From assembly GCA_964441455.1 (NCBI GenBank), contig CAYTUX010000282.1:1-48298 (forward strand): DNA of 48,298 bases, written 5' to 3'. The DNA comes from an uncultured Victivallales bacterium (GTDB lineage: Bacteria > Verrucomicrobiota > Kiritimatiellia > JAQICX01). The translations under genes and the position numbers were made by a program. A model generated the notes under the pieces. That model made no database searches, had not been told where the DNA came from, and worked only from the letters and a program-made list of their open reading frames with translations. How positions within the stretch are numbered: the first letter of the stretch is position 1; each line of letters opens with the position of its first letter. Positions 1-9,749 of this stretch are shown one piece after another.

Positions 1-240
1 TTCTAATGCGGACGCCGAGGACGTATTAGCTCCTGCCCTGTTTAGGGGAGGTGTCCGAGACACGACAAAGGAAGTGAGGCTGGAGCCTGCGACAGCAATA
101 AAAAGTAGTGTAATGTCCTACCGAGGACGGAGGGGTTCTTCCTCCCAAGTAAACCTTGCATATCAGTGTTAAATTGCAAGTTTACCCCGGGAGGGTCATC
201 GTCCCCGATGACTAAAATTAGGAAGAAACTGTAGGGATAC
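1..240. ncRNA. GC-rich structured element, copy A (cut by the window edge); paralogue of 40289-40484
   Basis: ORF-free GC-rich island. The reverse complement of 115-210 aligns with 40289-40390. Shared nested helices and a conserved hairpin loop. Strand unresolved. Confidence 0.45.
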
Positions 241-342
241 AAAAAAGTGGCTGTATCTCCTTGATTTATAAATAATTAGATGCAGGCTAGCCTGCAAACT
301 TTTGCCATAACCACTACAAAAACTACGAGAACAAGGAAAAAT

Positions 343-1404
343 ATGAAAATAGCGATAGCCTGCGGCGGCACCGGAGGACACATATATCCGGGATTAGCCG
401 TCGCAAAAGAGCTTAAAAGCAGAGGGTGCGAAGTAAGCCTGCTTCTAGCCGGTAAAAAAATTGAAAATCTTATTACAGAAGATTATGCAGACCAAATTAT
501 ATCTATATCCTCTTGCGGTATTACAGGCAAACATATCTCTTTTCAAACATTAAAATCAGCTCTTTTAGTACTTAGATCCACGGTGAGATTCTTATTTGCA
601 TTTATGTCTGAAAGACCGGACAGACTTCTGGCAATGGGCAGCTACTCTTCTGTCGGTCCTGTCCTGGCTGCAAAAATATATCATATTCCTGTTTTCCTGC
701 ACGAAGGTAATGCCGTCCCGGGAAGAGCAATTAAATTCCTTTCAAGATTTGCAGATAAAATTGCGGTATCTTTTAATGGTGTTGAAAAGTATTTTCCGCA
801 GAACAAAACAGTATTTACAGGATTCCCAATCCGAGATACGCTAAATCAAACTTTTACAAATGATGAATTTATTAAAACAAAATTTACAATTCTCATTATG
901 GGTGGAAGTCAGGGTGCCCATATGCTAAATGAGTTTATTACAGATGTTATATGCAATTCTGATAAAAAGGAAAAGCTTCAAATTATACATCTGACAGGTG
1001 ATCGTGATACCAATATGGTAAAACAAAAATATATGAATGCTAATGTCGATGCCTTAGTATTTCCATTCTTAAAAGAGATCGGCAAAGCATACAATGCAGC
1101 CGATATCGCAATATGCCGTTGCGGTGCTGCTTCATGTACTGAACTTGCCGCATTCAAAATTCCTGCAATATTTATCCCATACCCATATGCAATCGGAAAT
1201 CATCAGTTCCACAATGCAAAAAATGCAGAAAAAGAAGATGCGGCATTTGTTATAGAAGAAAAAAATCTGAATGAAGAAAAAATAATATCAGCAATTGAGA
1301 AACTCATCTCTCAACCAGCTCTTTTGAATAAAATGACTCAAAAAATGGGAAATCTATACAGAGAAAATCCCACAAAAAAAATCGCTGATCTAATTACTTC
1401 GTAA
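343..1404 (+). CDS. murG: UDP-N-acetylglucosamine--N-acetylmuramyl-(pentapeptide) pyrophosphoryl-undecaprenol N-acetylglucosamine transferase MurG
   Basis: MKIAIACGGTGGHIYPG N-terminus, GGSQGA motif and typical length. I chose the ATG at 343 because AAGGA lies upstream of it. The tracked 280 start is probably an extension. Confidence 0.93.
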   Translation: MKIAIACGGTGGHIYPGLAVAKELKSRGCEVSLLLAGKKIENLITEDYADQIISISSCGITGKHISFQTLKSALLVLRSTVRFLFAFMSERPDRLLAMGSYSSVGPVLAAKIYHIPVFLHEGNAVPGRAIKFLSRFADKIAVSFNGVEKYFPQNKTVFTGFPIRDTLNQTFTNDEFIKTKFTILIMGGSQGAHMLNEFITDVICNSDKKEKLQIIHLTGDRDTNMVKQKYMNANVDALVFPFLKEIGKAYNAADIAICRCGAASCTELAAFKIPAIFIPYPYAIGNHQFHNAKNAEKEDAAFVIEEKNLNEEKIISAIEKLISQPALLNKMTQKMGNLYRENPTKKIADLITS

Positions 1405-1424
1405 CGCTTAAAAAGATAAAATCT

Positions 1425-1600
1425 CTTCGACCCCATTGTGCCCGCAATGACGGAGCTGTAATCTTGTCTTTGCTCTGCCTGGCACATATGTCCCCATTGC
1501 CATCTTGTCTTCTGTCGCACCAATCGAGGCGACGGTGCCCATCAAGATTGCCGTGCCGCATACCGGCACGTCGAAGGCGGGTACATTCAGTCCATCTTAC
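1425..1600. ncRNA. GC-rich structured intergenic element (copy C), unclassified
   Basis: ORF-free GC-rich island between murG and the URO-D-like gene. Perfect 7-bp hairpin at 1552-1570. GCACC/GGTGC hairpin at 1517-1538. Two upstream copies of ATCTTG can each pair with CAAGAT at 1543-1548. Confidence 0.3.
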
Positions 1601-1699
1601 TTTTGATATGATTAGAACTGAATATATTGAAATTTGTACTTGAAACTCACAATAAGAAAATGATAATCTTAAAATTTAACAAATTATGATAAAAGGATC

Positions 1700-2653
1700 A
1701 TGACACATAGAGAAATATTTACAGCAACTCTTCAGCGAAGAACTCCAACTGATCGGGTTCCACACTTCGAACTTGAGTTTTTTCTTACAATGGAAGCTTT
1801 TGGGCGCGTGCACCCGGCTCACAGAAACTATAACCAATGGAATCAGATGAGTGATACCGAACGCAATCTACACATCAAAGATGTTGCAGATCTTCATGTG
1901 GAAACTGCAAAAAGATTTGGAAACTATGGTATGCTTTTTCATCCCGCCGGAGGATGGAAAGATGAAGATACAAGAAGATCCATCGAACATGTCAGGAAAC
2001 TTTCGGGGATGGAATACTTTGTTTCTGTGCATGGTGATGCAACATATTCTCTTCCAAATGGTGATAAAATGATGGATTTTGTTGTACAACTTGCCGACAA
2101 TCCTCAAGGTATGAAAGATGCTGTTCAAGCTAATGTGGATCGTGCAATTGACAGAGGTCAGGAAATCAAAAAATGGGGAACAGTTGATGGATTCTGTCTT
2201 TGTTCCGATTACTGTTTCAACACAAGCCCATTTCTTTCACCTGATATGTTTGATGAATTTGTAACACCATATCTAAAACAACTAATTAAGGGATATCGTG
2301 AAATGGGATTTTATGTTATCAAACATACAGACGGAAACATAATGCCTATACTTGATTCTTTAATAGATGCCAACCCGCATGCATTGCATAGTTTGGATCC
2401 ACAGGGAGGTGTTGATCTGGCTGAAATGAAAAGACTTGTCGGAGATAAGGTGTGCCTTATCGGGAATGTAAACTGTGCTCTACTGCAGACTGGCACAGAA
2501 GCTGAAGTTGTCGAAGATGTGAATAGAGCATTGACTGATGGCATGCCGGGGGGCGGTTATATATTTGGAACAAGCAACTGCATATATACAGGAATGAGTC
2601 TTTCAAGATATGAGTTAATGCTGGATATCTGGAAAAACAAAGGCAATTACTAG
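1700..2653 (+). CDS. uroporphyrinogen decarboxylase (URO-D) family protein, MtaA/CmuA-like
   Basis: Overall resemblance to URO-D/methylcobamide methyltransferase family proteins. AAAGGA RBS upstream. Confidence 0.7.
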   Translation: MTHREIFTATLQRRTPTDRVPHFELEFFLTMEAFGRVHPAHRNYNQWNQMSDTERNLHIKDVADLHVETAKRFGNYGMLFHPAGGWKDEDTRRSIEHVRKLSGMEYFVSVHGDATYSLPNGDKMMDFVVQLADNPQGMKDAVQANVDRAIDRGQEIKKWGTVDGFCLCSDYCFNTSPFLSPDMFDEFVTPYLKQLIKGYREMGFYVIKHTDGNIMPILDSLIDANPHALHSLDPQGGVDLAEMKRLVGDKVCLIGNVNCALLQTGTEAEVVEDVNRALTDGMPGGGYIFGTSNCIYTGMSLSRYELMLDIWKNKGNY

Positions 2654-2818
2654 TCCTCATATTTTAAAAATGGCTTTCCAAATCTCAAAATAAAAAATAA
2701 ATCAACCTGAGAATTAAGGTTTTTTCACTGGATTTTGCATTTAGATATTGAATATATGCTCAATATATTATAATATTAAGGTTTTACTTAAATTATATAT
2801 TGAAAGAAAGTATAAACA

Positions 2819-4165
2819 ATGATTAAATTTTTTAAAAACAGACTGATAATTTACATATTATCAACCCTTGCAATCTGTTCCTCTATCCTTGCAGAGACAG
2901 ATAATTCTAATGTTCTAAGGCTTATCAATGATGGAGATGTGAAAAGTCTTTCAAAACTTATCGAAGTTGCTCCGGACAAAATCTTTCAGGCAAAGACAGC
3001 AAACTCATCCGGTCCGCTACACTGGGCGGTAGCTCTAAACCAGCCAAAAGTATTGGAACTATTTATAGACAAAGGTTTAAGCCCCAATGCCAAAACAGTC
3101 AAAGGAACAACACCGCTACACTACGCAGCAAAAGACAATAATGTTAAAATTGGCAAGCTGCTTATTGCAAATGGTGCCGATGTAAATGCAAAAAATGAAA
3201 GTGGATACACTCCAATCTTCTTTTCGGCACTTAGCAATGATACTGATTTTGTAAGTATCTTAATCAAAAACGGTGCCGATGTAAATGTTCTGGCAGAAAA
3301 CAACACAACTCCTCTATACTGGGCGGCAAATGGTAATGCGACAAAAAGTGCAAACTACCTTATTAAAAGTGGTGCTATCGTTGATGTTGTAACAGTCAAC
3401 GGGCACACACCTCTTTATTATGCAGTTCAAAACCAAAATCTTAAAATGGTGGAACTGCTAATTAAAAATGGAGCAGATAAAACAAAAGATCCTGAGATTG
3501 CAACACTTCCAGTCACAGATCCAAAAATTTCACAAATTCTTGAAGAAACAACGGTTAAAACAGAAAAACCAAAAGAAACTGCCTCGGACAAAACAGTAAA
3601 AGAGCCCAAGAAAGCAGAAACTTTAAAAGAGGAAAAGCTGACAGAAGATCAGACCAAAACTAAAGAGTTAGCAGATAAGATTGCATTAGAGAAGCAGATG
3701 ATCAAAGAACATGGTGAGAAAAGATTCAAAGGGAGTATAACTTCTATGGATGGCTCTGTCTATAACGGGGATATTCTTTTAGGCAAACCTGATGGATTAG
3801 GTACAAAGCAATTCAGCAATGGTGACATATATTCCGGATACTGGGAAGATGGTGAAATCAGCGGAAAAGGAACATATAACTTTGCTGATGGGGGTGAGTA
3901 TTCTGGTTCATGGAAAGATGGAAAGTTTGATGGATTAGGAAAACTGACTTATGCCAACGGAGACTACTTTGATGGGCTTTGGAGTGATGGCAGATTTATT
4001 GAGGGCAAAGGAAAATACACATTTGCTGATGGTGATATATATGAAGGCAGGTGGGAAAATGATTATTTGTGGGGCGAAGGAAAGTATCAGATACGTGGCG
4101 GCTTGACTATTCATGGTATCTGGGAGCAAAATGATTTAATAGAGGAATTTAAAAAAGATGAATGA
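2819..4165 (+). CDS. secreted ankyrin-repeat / MORN-repeat protein
   Basis: N-terminal hydrophobic signal-like segment. About 5 ankyrin repeats (TPLHYAA...GADVNA). Lys/Glu/Thr-rich linker. About 6 MORN repeats (YxGxWxxGxxxGxG). Confidence 0.85.
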   Translation: MIKFFKNRLIIYILSTLAICSSILAETDNSNVLRLINDGDVKSLSKLIEVAPDKIFQAKTANSSGPLHWAVALNQPKVLELFIDKGLSPNAKTVKGTTPLHYAAKDNNVKIGKLLIANGADVNAKNESGYTPIFFSALSNDTDFVSILIKNGADVNVLAENNTTPLYWAANGNATKSANYLIKSGAIVDVVTVNGHTPLYYAVQNQNLKMVELLIKNGADKTKDPEIATLPVTDPKISQILEETTVKTEKPKETASDKTVKEPKKAETLKEEKLTEDQTKTKELADKIALEKQMIKEHGEKRFKGSITSMDGSVYNGDILLGKPDGLGTKQFSNGDIYSGYWEDGEISGKGTYNFADGGEYSGSWKDGKFDGLGKLTYANGDYFDGLWSDGRFIEGKGKYTFADGDIYEGRWENDYLWGEGKYQIRGGLTIHGIWEQNDLIEEFKKDE

Positions 4166-6683
4166 AAAATATCCATTTAGTGAGATAGAAAAAAAGTGGC
4201 AGAACTATTGGAACGATGAAGGCTTCTTCAAAGTAGACGAAAAAGATACTGAAAACAAATTCTATTGTTTAATGATGTTTCCATATCCTTCAGCAGCTTT
4301 GCATGTGGGACATGGAAGAAATTACATAATTGGAGATGCTGTTGCGCGTTACAAAAAAATGCAAGGTTTGAATGTTCTTAATCCAATGGGATGGGACTCT
4401 TTTGGACTGCCTGCAGAGAATGCCGCAATCAAATCAGGTATTCATCCAAAGAAAAGCACATTTGCAAACATTGAAACAATGAAAAAACAGTTAAACAGCT
4501 GGGGTGTATGTTTTGATTGGGATAGAGAGGTTGCATCCTGCACCCCGGAGTATTACAAATGGACACAATGGCTGTTTCTTCAGTTCTACAAAAAAAATCT
4601 TGCATACAAATCTCACTCTTCAGTGAACTGGTGTCCATCATGTGCTACAGTATTAGCAAACGAACAGGTTGTTGAAAACAGGTGTGAGCGTTGTTCATCT
4701 GAAGTTGAAGAAAAAAATCTTGAGCAGTGGTTTTTCAGAATAACAGAATATGCGCAACGACTGCTTGATGATTTGAAAAAACTCGACGGATGGCCGGAAC
4801 GCGTTAAAACAATGCAGAAAAACTGGATTGGAAGAAGTGTCGGTTCAGAAATTGATTTTGCACTTGTTCCGAGAACAGATGAACAAAAAGATTCTGCAGA
4901 TGTTGTTAAATGTTTTACAACACGAGTTGATACAATTTACGGGTGTACGTATATGGTGATGGCACCTGAAAACTCAGTACTTAAAGAGCTTGTTTCAGGC
5001 TTGCCAGAAGAAAAAGATGTTTTAAAGTTCATCACGGATGCTTCAAAAAAGTCTAAAATCGATCGTACAGATAACAAAGAAAAAAATGGTGTCTTTACAG
5101 GTAGATACGTTACCAACCCATATAATGGAGAAACCATTCCTCTTTGGGTTAGTGATTATGTAATCATGGATTACGGTAGTGGTGCGGTCATGGCTGTCCC
5201 TGCCCACGACACCAGAGACTGGGCTTTTGCAAAAAAATATGATTTGCCAATTAGAATATCAATTCAGAACAGCGAAGAATCTTTAAATTTAGATGATATG
5301 ACAGAAGCCTATACCGAGGATGGAATAATTGCAGACTCAGCTCAATTCACAGGCATGCCGAACAGAAAAGCTATTCCTGCAATGATTGCTTATGCACAGG
5401 AGCAAGGGTTTGGTAAATCAACTGTTAATTTCAGACTTAGGGACTGGTTGATTAGCCGTCAACGTTACTGGGGTGCACCAATTCCCATTATTTACTGTGA
5501 TGAATGCGGGGCAGTTCCTGTGCCTGAAAAAGACTTACCGGTTGTATTACCTGAAAATGTTGAATTTAAACCAACCGGTGATTCCCCGCTTAAAACATGC
5601 AAGGAATTCATGAACACTGCTTGTCCTAAATGCGGCAAAGCAGCAACTCGAGAGAGTGACACAATGGACACATTTGTGGATTCAAGCTGGTACTTTTTAA
5701 GATACCTGTCTCCTCACGATGATACACAGGCAATTAATACAGAGGCTTGTAACAATTGGCTGCCGGTAGACCAATATATCGGAGGAATTGAACATGCAAT
5801 CTTACATCTTCTTTATGCGCGTTTCTTTACAAAGGTAATAAATGACCTTGGTCTGATTGACTTTGATGAACCTTTTGCACACCTTTTCACTCAAGGCATG
5901 ATTTGTAAACGAAGTAAAAAAGATGGACAGCTTTATAAAATGTCAAAATCAAAGGGTAATGTTGTTTCTCCGGATGAATTAATAGAGCAATATGGTGCAG
6001 ACACAGTAAGGCTATATACACTATTTATCGGCCCTCCTGAAAAAGAAGCAGAGTGGAATGATTCAGCTATTGAAGGTGCATTCAGATTTTTGAAGAGAGT
6101 GTGGAGGGTTGTCTACTCAAACAAAAAAACTCTTTTAAAATATAAGGGCTCTTCTCCGGCAATTGATAAGATGGAGAAAGTTGAAAGAGATTTGTATAGA
6201 AAACTTAATGAGACAATTAAATCTGTTTCACACGATATGGATGGAAGTTTTCATTTCAACTCTGCCATTGCGCAGATAATGGAGCTTATGAATACTCTTG
6301 AAGCTTCCTCTATAGATGAAAACAGCACCGAGTCTCATAAAGTTGTCTTTAGAGAGACGATTGAATCTATATTGATTCTCCTTTCACCGTTTGCACCACA
6401 TATTGCTGAAGAACTTTGGAGAGAAATTGGTTATGATAACAGCATTCTGAATGCTACTTGGCCTAAATGTATTGAAAAAGCACTTGAGAAATCTGAGATA
6501 GATATCGTACTGCAGGTAAACGGCAAAGTTAGAGGTCATATCACAATACCAGCCGGAACATCACAAGATGAACTTGAAAAACTTGCGTTAGAAAACGAAG
6601 GTGTTGCTAAATTTACAGATGGAAAAACTGTAAGAAAAATTATTGTTATTCCAAACAAACTTGTCAACATTGCTGTGAGCTAA
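4158..6683 (+). CDS. leuS: leucine--tRNA ligase
   Basis: HVGH (HIGH) and KMSKS motifs, 841 aa. The start overlaps the upstream stop (ATGAATGA). Confidence 0.97.
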   Translation: MNEKYPFSEIEKKWQNYWNDEGFFKVDEKDTENKFYCLMMFPYPSAALHVGHGRNYIIGDAVARYKKMQGLNVLNPMGWDSFGLPAENAAIKSGIHPKKSTFANIETMKKQLNSWGVCFDWDREVASCTPEYYKWTQWLFLQFYKKNLAYKSHSSVNWCPSCATVLANEQVVENRCERCSSEVEEKNLEQWFFRITEYAQRLLDDLKKLDGWPERVKTMQKNWIGRSVGSEIDFALVPRTDEQKDSADVVKCFTTRVDTIYGCTYMVMAPENSVLKELVSGLPEEKDVLKFITDASKKSKIDRTDNKEKNGVFTGRYVTNPYNGETIPLWVSDYVIMDYGSGAVMAVPAHDTRDWAFAKKYDLPIRISIQNSEESLNLDDMTEAYTEDGIIADSAQFTGMPNRKAIPAMIAYAQEQGFGKSTVNFRLRDWLISRQRYWGAPIPIIYCDECGAVPVPEKDLPVVLPENVEFKPTGDSPLKTCKEFMNTACPKCGKAATRESDTMDTFVDSSWYFLRYLSPHDDTQAINTEACNNWLPVDQYIGGIEHAILHLLYARFFTKVINDLGLIDFDEPFAHLFTQGMICKRSKKDGQLYKMSKSKGNVVSPDELIEQYGADTVRLYTLFIGPPEKEAEWNDSAIEGAFRFLKRVWRVVYSNKKTLLKYKGSSPAIDKMEKVERDLYRKLNETIKSVSHDMDGSFHFNSAIAQIMELMNTLEASSIDENSTESHKVVFRETIESILILLSPFAPHIAEELWREIGYDNSILNATWPKCIEKALEKSEIDIVLQVNGKVRGHITIPAGTSQDELEKLALENEGVAKFTDGKTVRKIIVIPNKLVNIAVS

Positions 6684-6720
6684 AGAAATACAAATGTTAT
6701 AGTGCTGACTAAATAAGAAC

Positions 6721-6791
6721 TATGAGAGTTATGGAAATTATATTTTGTGTTAAACATGTTACATAATTCCCATCGTTCACATGATTCCCAT
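6721..6791. repeat. three copies of the dispersed ATGGGAAYNATGTG core (one degenerate forward copy, two reverse)
   Basis: ACATAATTCCCAT at 6761-6773, CACATGATTCCCAT at 6778-6791, and degenerate TATGAGAGTTATGGAAATTAT at 6721-6741 in the opposite orientation. Confidence 0.5.
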
Positions 6792-6820
6792 TCTTTAAAT
6801 TATAGAACGAAACAAAAAAG

Positions 6821-7462
6821 ATGAAAATAGATAAAGTAATAACAGGTGAATTTCAAGTAAACTGCTTCATTGTTCATAATGATGGCAATGCTATTATTAT
6901 TGATCCGGGAGATGATGTTGACGTGATTGAAGCCAAAATAAAAGATCTAAACGTGACTCCTGTTCTATACATACATACTCACGGACACATGGATCATATC
7001 TCAGCACTGGCTGAATTACAATCGCGATTCAAAGCTCCGGTATATATGACGGAAGAAGATGCAAAATGGGCATTTACAGAAATAAACTGTATGCCGCCAT
7101 TCTTCCCAAATCCTCCCGAAAAAACTCCAATTGCAAAATATGTTGAAAATGGTGATGAATTCTGCTTTGACGGTCTACGTTTTAAGATAATTAAAACTCC
7201 CGGTCATACACCGGGAGGTATATGTATATATTTCTATGATAATCAGGTGCTGTTTTCCGGTGATACTGTTTTTGCCGGATCAGTCGGCAGAACTGATCTG
7301 CCGGGTGGTGACTCAAGAATATTGACAAATTCACTAAAAAAACTTTTACAAACAATACCAAATCAAACTAGAATCTACCCCGGACATGGACCGGCAACAA
7401 CAATGGATCTGGAAAAACGAAATAACTTCTATTTTCAGAATATTTCTACTAAAGAGGAGTAA
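6821..7462 (+). CDS. MBL-fold metallo-hydrolase (glyoxalase II-like)
   Basis: HTHGHMDH (HxHxDH) motif, about 213 aa. Confidence 0.88.
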   Translation: MKIDKVITGEFQVNCFIVHNDGNAIIIDPGDDVDVIEAKIKDLNVTPVLYIHTHGHMDHISALAELQSRFKAPVYMTEEDAKWAFTEINCMPPFFPNPPEKTPIAKYVENGDEFCFDGLRFKIIKTPGHTPGGICIYFYDNQVLFSGDTVFAGSVGRTDLPGGDSRILTNSLKKLLQTIPNQTRIYPGHGPATTMDLEKRNNFYFQNISTKEE

Positions 7463-7464
7463 GT

Positions 7465-7923
7465 ATGGAAAACATATCAATATTTGATATTGGAAGCAAC
7501 ATTGAAAATATTAATGCAGAAGAAATTGTTGCTGAAGTACAGAAAAAAGTTGAGCAAAATATGGAAAATGGTGTTTATCAGGATCCAACTATTGCTGCAG
7601 CCGAAAAACATAGACTTATAAATGTAAAAGGCATTGAAGATTTTACTCCCTATTTTATGTCTTGTCTAAAAGCATCCATCAATATTGATATCAATGATTT
7701 TGAAATTGTCGAAAAACGATCAAAATTCGGAAAAATACTTGTTAAATTTAAAACTTTGATATGGAAAAGCCTTAAATTTTATACCTATCGGATGTGGTCT
7801 CAACAAAACTATGTTAATTCCTTACTGCTTTCAGCTCTTGAAACTGTTGAACAGAATCATAGAATACAAATTGACGTTTTGCAGAAAAGAATTGAAGAGC
7901 TGGAAAAATCTAAAGATAATTAA
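7465..7923 (+). CDS. hypothetical coiled-coil protein of the kind found next to polysaccharide glycosyl/methyltransferase genes
   Basis: Start lies 2 nt after the MBL stop, with a GAGGAG RBS. The C-terminal segment KFYTYRMWSQQNYVNSLL...IEELEK resembles conserved accessory ORFs in glycan clusters, judged from memory. Confidence 0.6.
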   Translation: MENISIFDIGSNIENINAEEIVAEVQKKVEQNMENGVYQDPTIAAAEKHRLINVKGIEDFTPYFMSCLKASINIDINDFEIVEKRSKFGKILVKFKTLIWKSLKFYTYRMWSQQNYVNSLLLSALETVEQNHRIQIDVLQKRIEELEKSKDN

Positions 7924-7984
7924 GAATTAGTCTGATAGTTAGATGGCTGGTTAGGTTCGGAATTCGCAAAATGGGATACACATA

Positions 7985-8189
7985 GGTCGGTCTGCCCAGC
8001 TGTCAAACCCTGCGGGCAATATCTGCTGGCTGTGGCAGGCTTCGAAGTAAGTCCGGTCTCTGCTGAGACCAGCTACAGGTGCAGCAGACTGATCAATGTT
8101 TAATATGGTGATTAGCGTATTGTAGCCGAGGTCAGCCTGTCCAGCTGTCAAACCCTGCGGGGAATATTTGCTGGCTGTGGCAGACCTCG
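7985..8189 (+). promoter_or_regulatory. tandem pair of about 60-nt imperfect hairpins (7985-8044, 8127-8189) with a perfect small hairpin between them (8055-8070)
   Basis: The two units differ at 7 of 63 positions. The differences in the stem keep pairing only as G-U on the + strand. The second hairpin ends 6 nt before the AAGGA RBS of the GT4 gene. Confidence 0.55.
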
Positions 8190-8207
8190 AAAAAAAAAGG
8201 ATATTTA

Positions 8208-9374
8208 ATGAATATTGCTCTAGTTGTGCCAAGATTTGCAGAAGGAACAACACTGGGAGGTGCTGAAACACTTATGCGTGAAACAGCATTAAACCTGGCT
8301 GATTCCGGTCATAATGTCACTATCCTATCAACCTGTGCAACAAACCACTTTACTTGGAAAAATGAATTAGCTGCCGGGGAAAAAGAATTTGAAAATATAA
8401 AAGTTATTCTGTTCAAAGTAAATGAAGACAGAAATCTTGAACTATTCCATAAAATACAGACAAAAATTTCAAACTTTGAAGATGTAACTATTGAGGAAGA
8501 GGAACTTTGGCATAAGAATAATGTCGGTAGTGATGATCTGTACGAACATATTCGAAATAATACAAATTATGATAAAATAATTGTCAGTCCATACCTGTTT
8601 GGGCTTATATACTTTACTGCAAAGATTTATCCTGAGAAAACAATACTACTCCCCTGCCTTCATGATGAAGCATTTGCATACCTTCAAACAATTAAAAATA
8701 TGTTCAAAACTGTTCATTCATACATCTTCAACACTGAACCGGAAATGAATCTTGCAAAAAAACTTTATGACATTGACACATCCAGAGCAGCTGTTGTCGG
8801 CATGACAATTGAAGATTTCAATGTACAACCTGGGGAATTCAACAAAAAGAACAAAATAACATCACCATTTATATTGTATTGCGGAAGAAGAGAGGCTTTA
8901 AAAGGTACTCCTATGTTAATTGATTATTTTACTGCATTCCGAAAAAGGTCAGGTGTTGACCTGAAACTTGTGCTCACAGGAAAAGGTGAATTTGAAACAG
9001 ACGAAGATACCCGCAAGCATATAATTGATGTTGGCTTTGTCTCTGAAGAAGACAAACACAATGCAATGGCTGATGCTGTTGCCCTTTGTCAGCCATCTCA
9101 TAATGAAAGTCTGAGTATTGTAATTCTTGAGTCCTGGCTGGCCGGCAAACCTGTTATTGTGAACGGTCAATGTGAAGTGCTTAAACATCAATGCTCAAAA
9201 AGTAATGCAGGACTGTGGTTCTCCAACTTTCCTGAATTCGAGATCGAACTGAAACTACTTCTTGAAAATCCTAACTTATCAGAAACTCTTGCCAAAAACG
9301 GCAGAAACTTTGTTTTAAAAAACTATTCTAAAGCGGCAATCAAAAAAAAACTCAACAACGCCATTAAACTTTAA
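8208..9374 (+). CDS. glycosyltransferase family 4
   Basis: GT-B fold signature NESLSIVILESWLAGKPVIV (E-x7-E region), 388 aa. Confidence 0.88.
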   Translation: MNIALVVPRFAEGTTLGGAETLMRETALNLADSGHNVTILSTCATNHFTWKNELAAGEKEFENIKVILFKVNEDRNLELFHKIQTKISNFEDVTIEEEELWHKNNVGSDDLYEHIRNNTNYDKIIVSPYLFGLIYFTAKIYPEKTILLPCLHDEAFAYLQTIKNMFKTVHSYIFNTEPEMNLAKKLYDIDTSRAAVVGMTIEDFNVQPGEFNKKNKITSPFILYCGRREALKGTPMLIDYFTAFRKRSGVDLKLVLTGKGEFETDEDTRKHIIDVGFVSEEDKHNAMADAVALCQPSHNESLSIVILESWLAGKPVIVNGQCEVLKHQCSKSNAGLWFSNFPEFEIELKLLLENPNLSETLAKNGRNFVLKNYSKAAIKKKLNNAIKL

Positions 9375-9377
9375 AAA

Positions 9378-9749
9378 TTATATTATTCTACAGTCATAAG
9401 ATAAAAACTTTGAATCATCTGTAACAATTGGGTATCCATTAGAAAGACCTTGAGCTATCAGCATTCTGTCAAAAGGATCCTTATGATGAAACGGCATATC
9501 TTTCAGCAAAAGAGCATCTCCTCCCTTAAAGTCCAGTATTTCAAAACCACTTTCGAGAGCCACCTCAACAGAATCGAAATCACATATAAGTTTGCCTATT
9601 GAAGCTTTTATAGTTATCTCTGCAATACTAATAGAGCTAACATAAACAATATTAGACATAGTCTGAATGGCATCTATTTTCTGTTTATCAAGTTTTGATG
9701 GATCAGAGATTGACCAAAGAAAAATATGTGTATCAATTATTATCTTCAT
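9378..9749 (-). CDS. vapC: type II toxin VapC (PIN domain ribonuclease)
   Basis: IIDTHIFLW N-terminus, PIN-length (123 aa), 1-nt TAATG overlap with the upstream antitoxin gene. Confidence 0.85.
   Translation of the reverse strand: MKIIIDTHIFLWSISDPSKLDKQKIDAIQTMSNIVYVSSISIAEITIKASIGKLICDFDSVEVALESGFEILDFKGGDALLLKDMPFHHKDPFDRMLIAQGLSNGYPIVTDDSKFLSYDCRII

Noticed and set aside
1-240. Possible tmRNA 3' end (+ strand ACCGAGGA...GGAGGGGTTCTTCCTCC, T-arm-like) or RNase P RNA (- strand GGGAGGAAGAACC and ACAGGGCAGG...TAATACG)
   Set aside because: The T-loop is not canonical and no acceptor stem or CCA context follows. The universal RNase P P4 string GAGGAAAGTCC is absent, and the spacing between the RNase-P-like strings is about 100 nt too long. 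The element also has a paralogue at 40289-40484, which neither single-copy RNA should have.
1425-1600. Cobalamin riboswitch upstream of the URO-D/MtaA-like gene
   Set aside because: No B12 box (GCCACTG) is present. The GGTG..AA.TCC / CCCGCAACTGTAA core is also missing on either strand. Only a vague CCCGCAATGA..CTGTAA resemblance remains.
7951-8271. 106-aa ORF on the - strand across the tandem hairpin region
   Set aside because: It is composed of the GC-rich repeat units, runs into the GT4 gene on the opposite strand, and has no RBS or recognisable domain.
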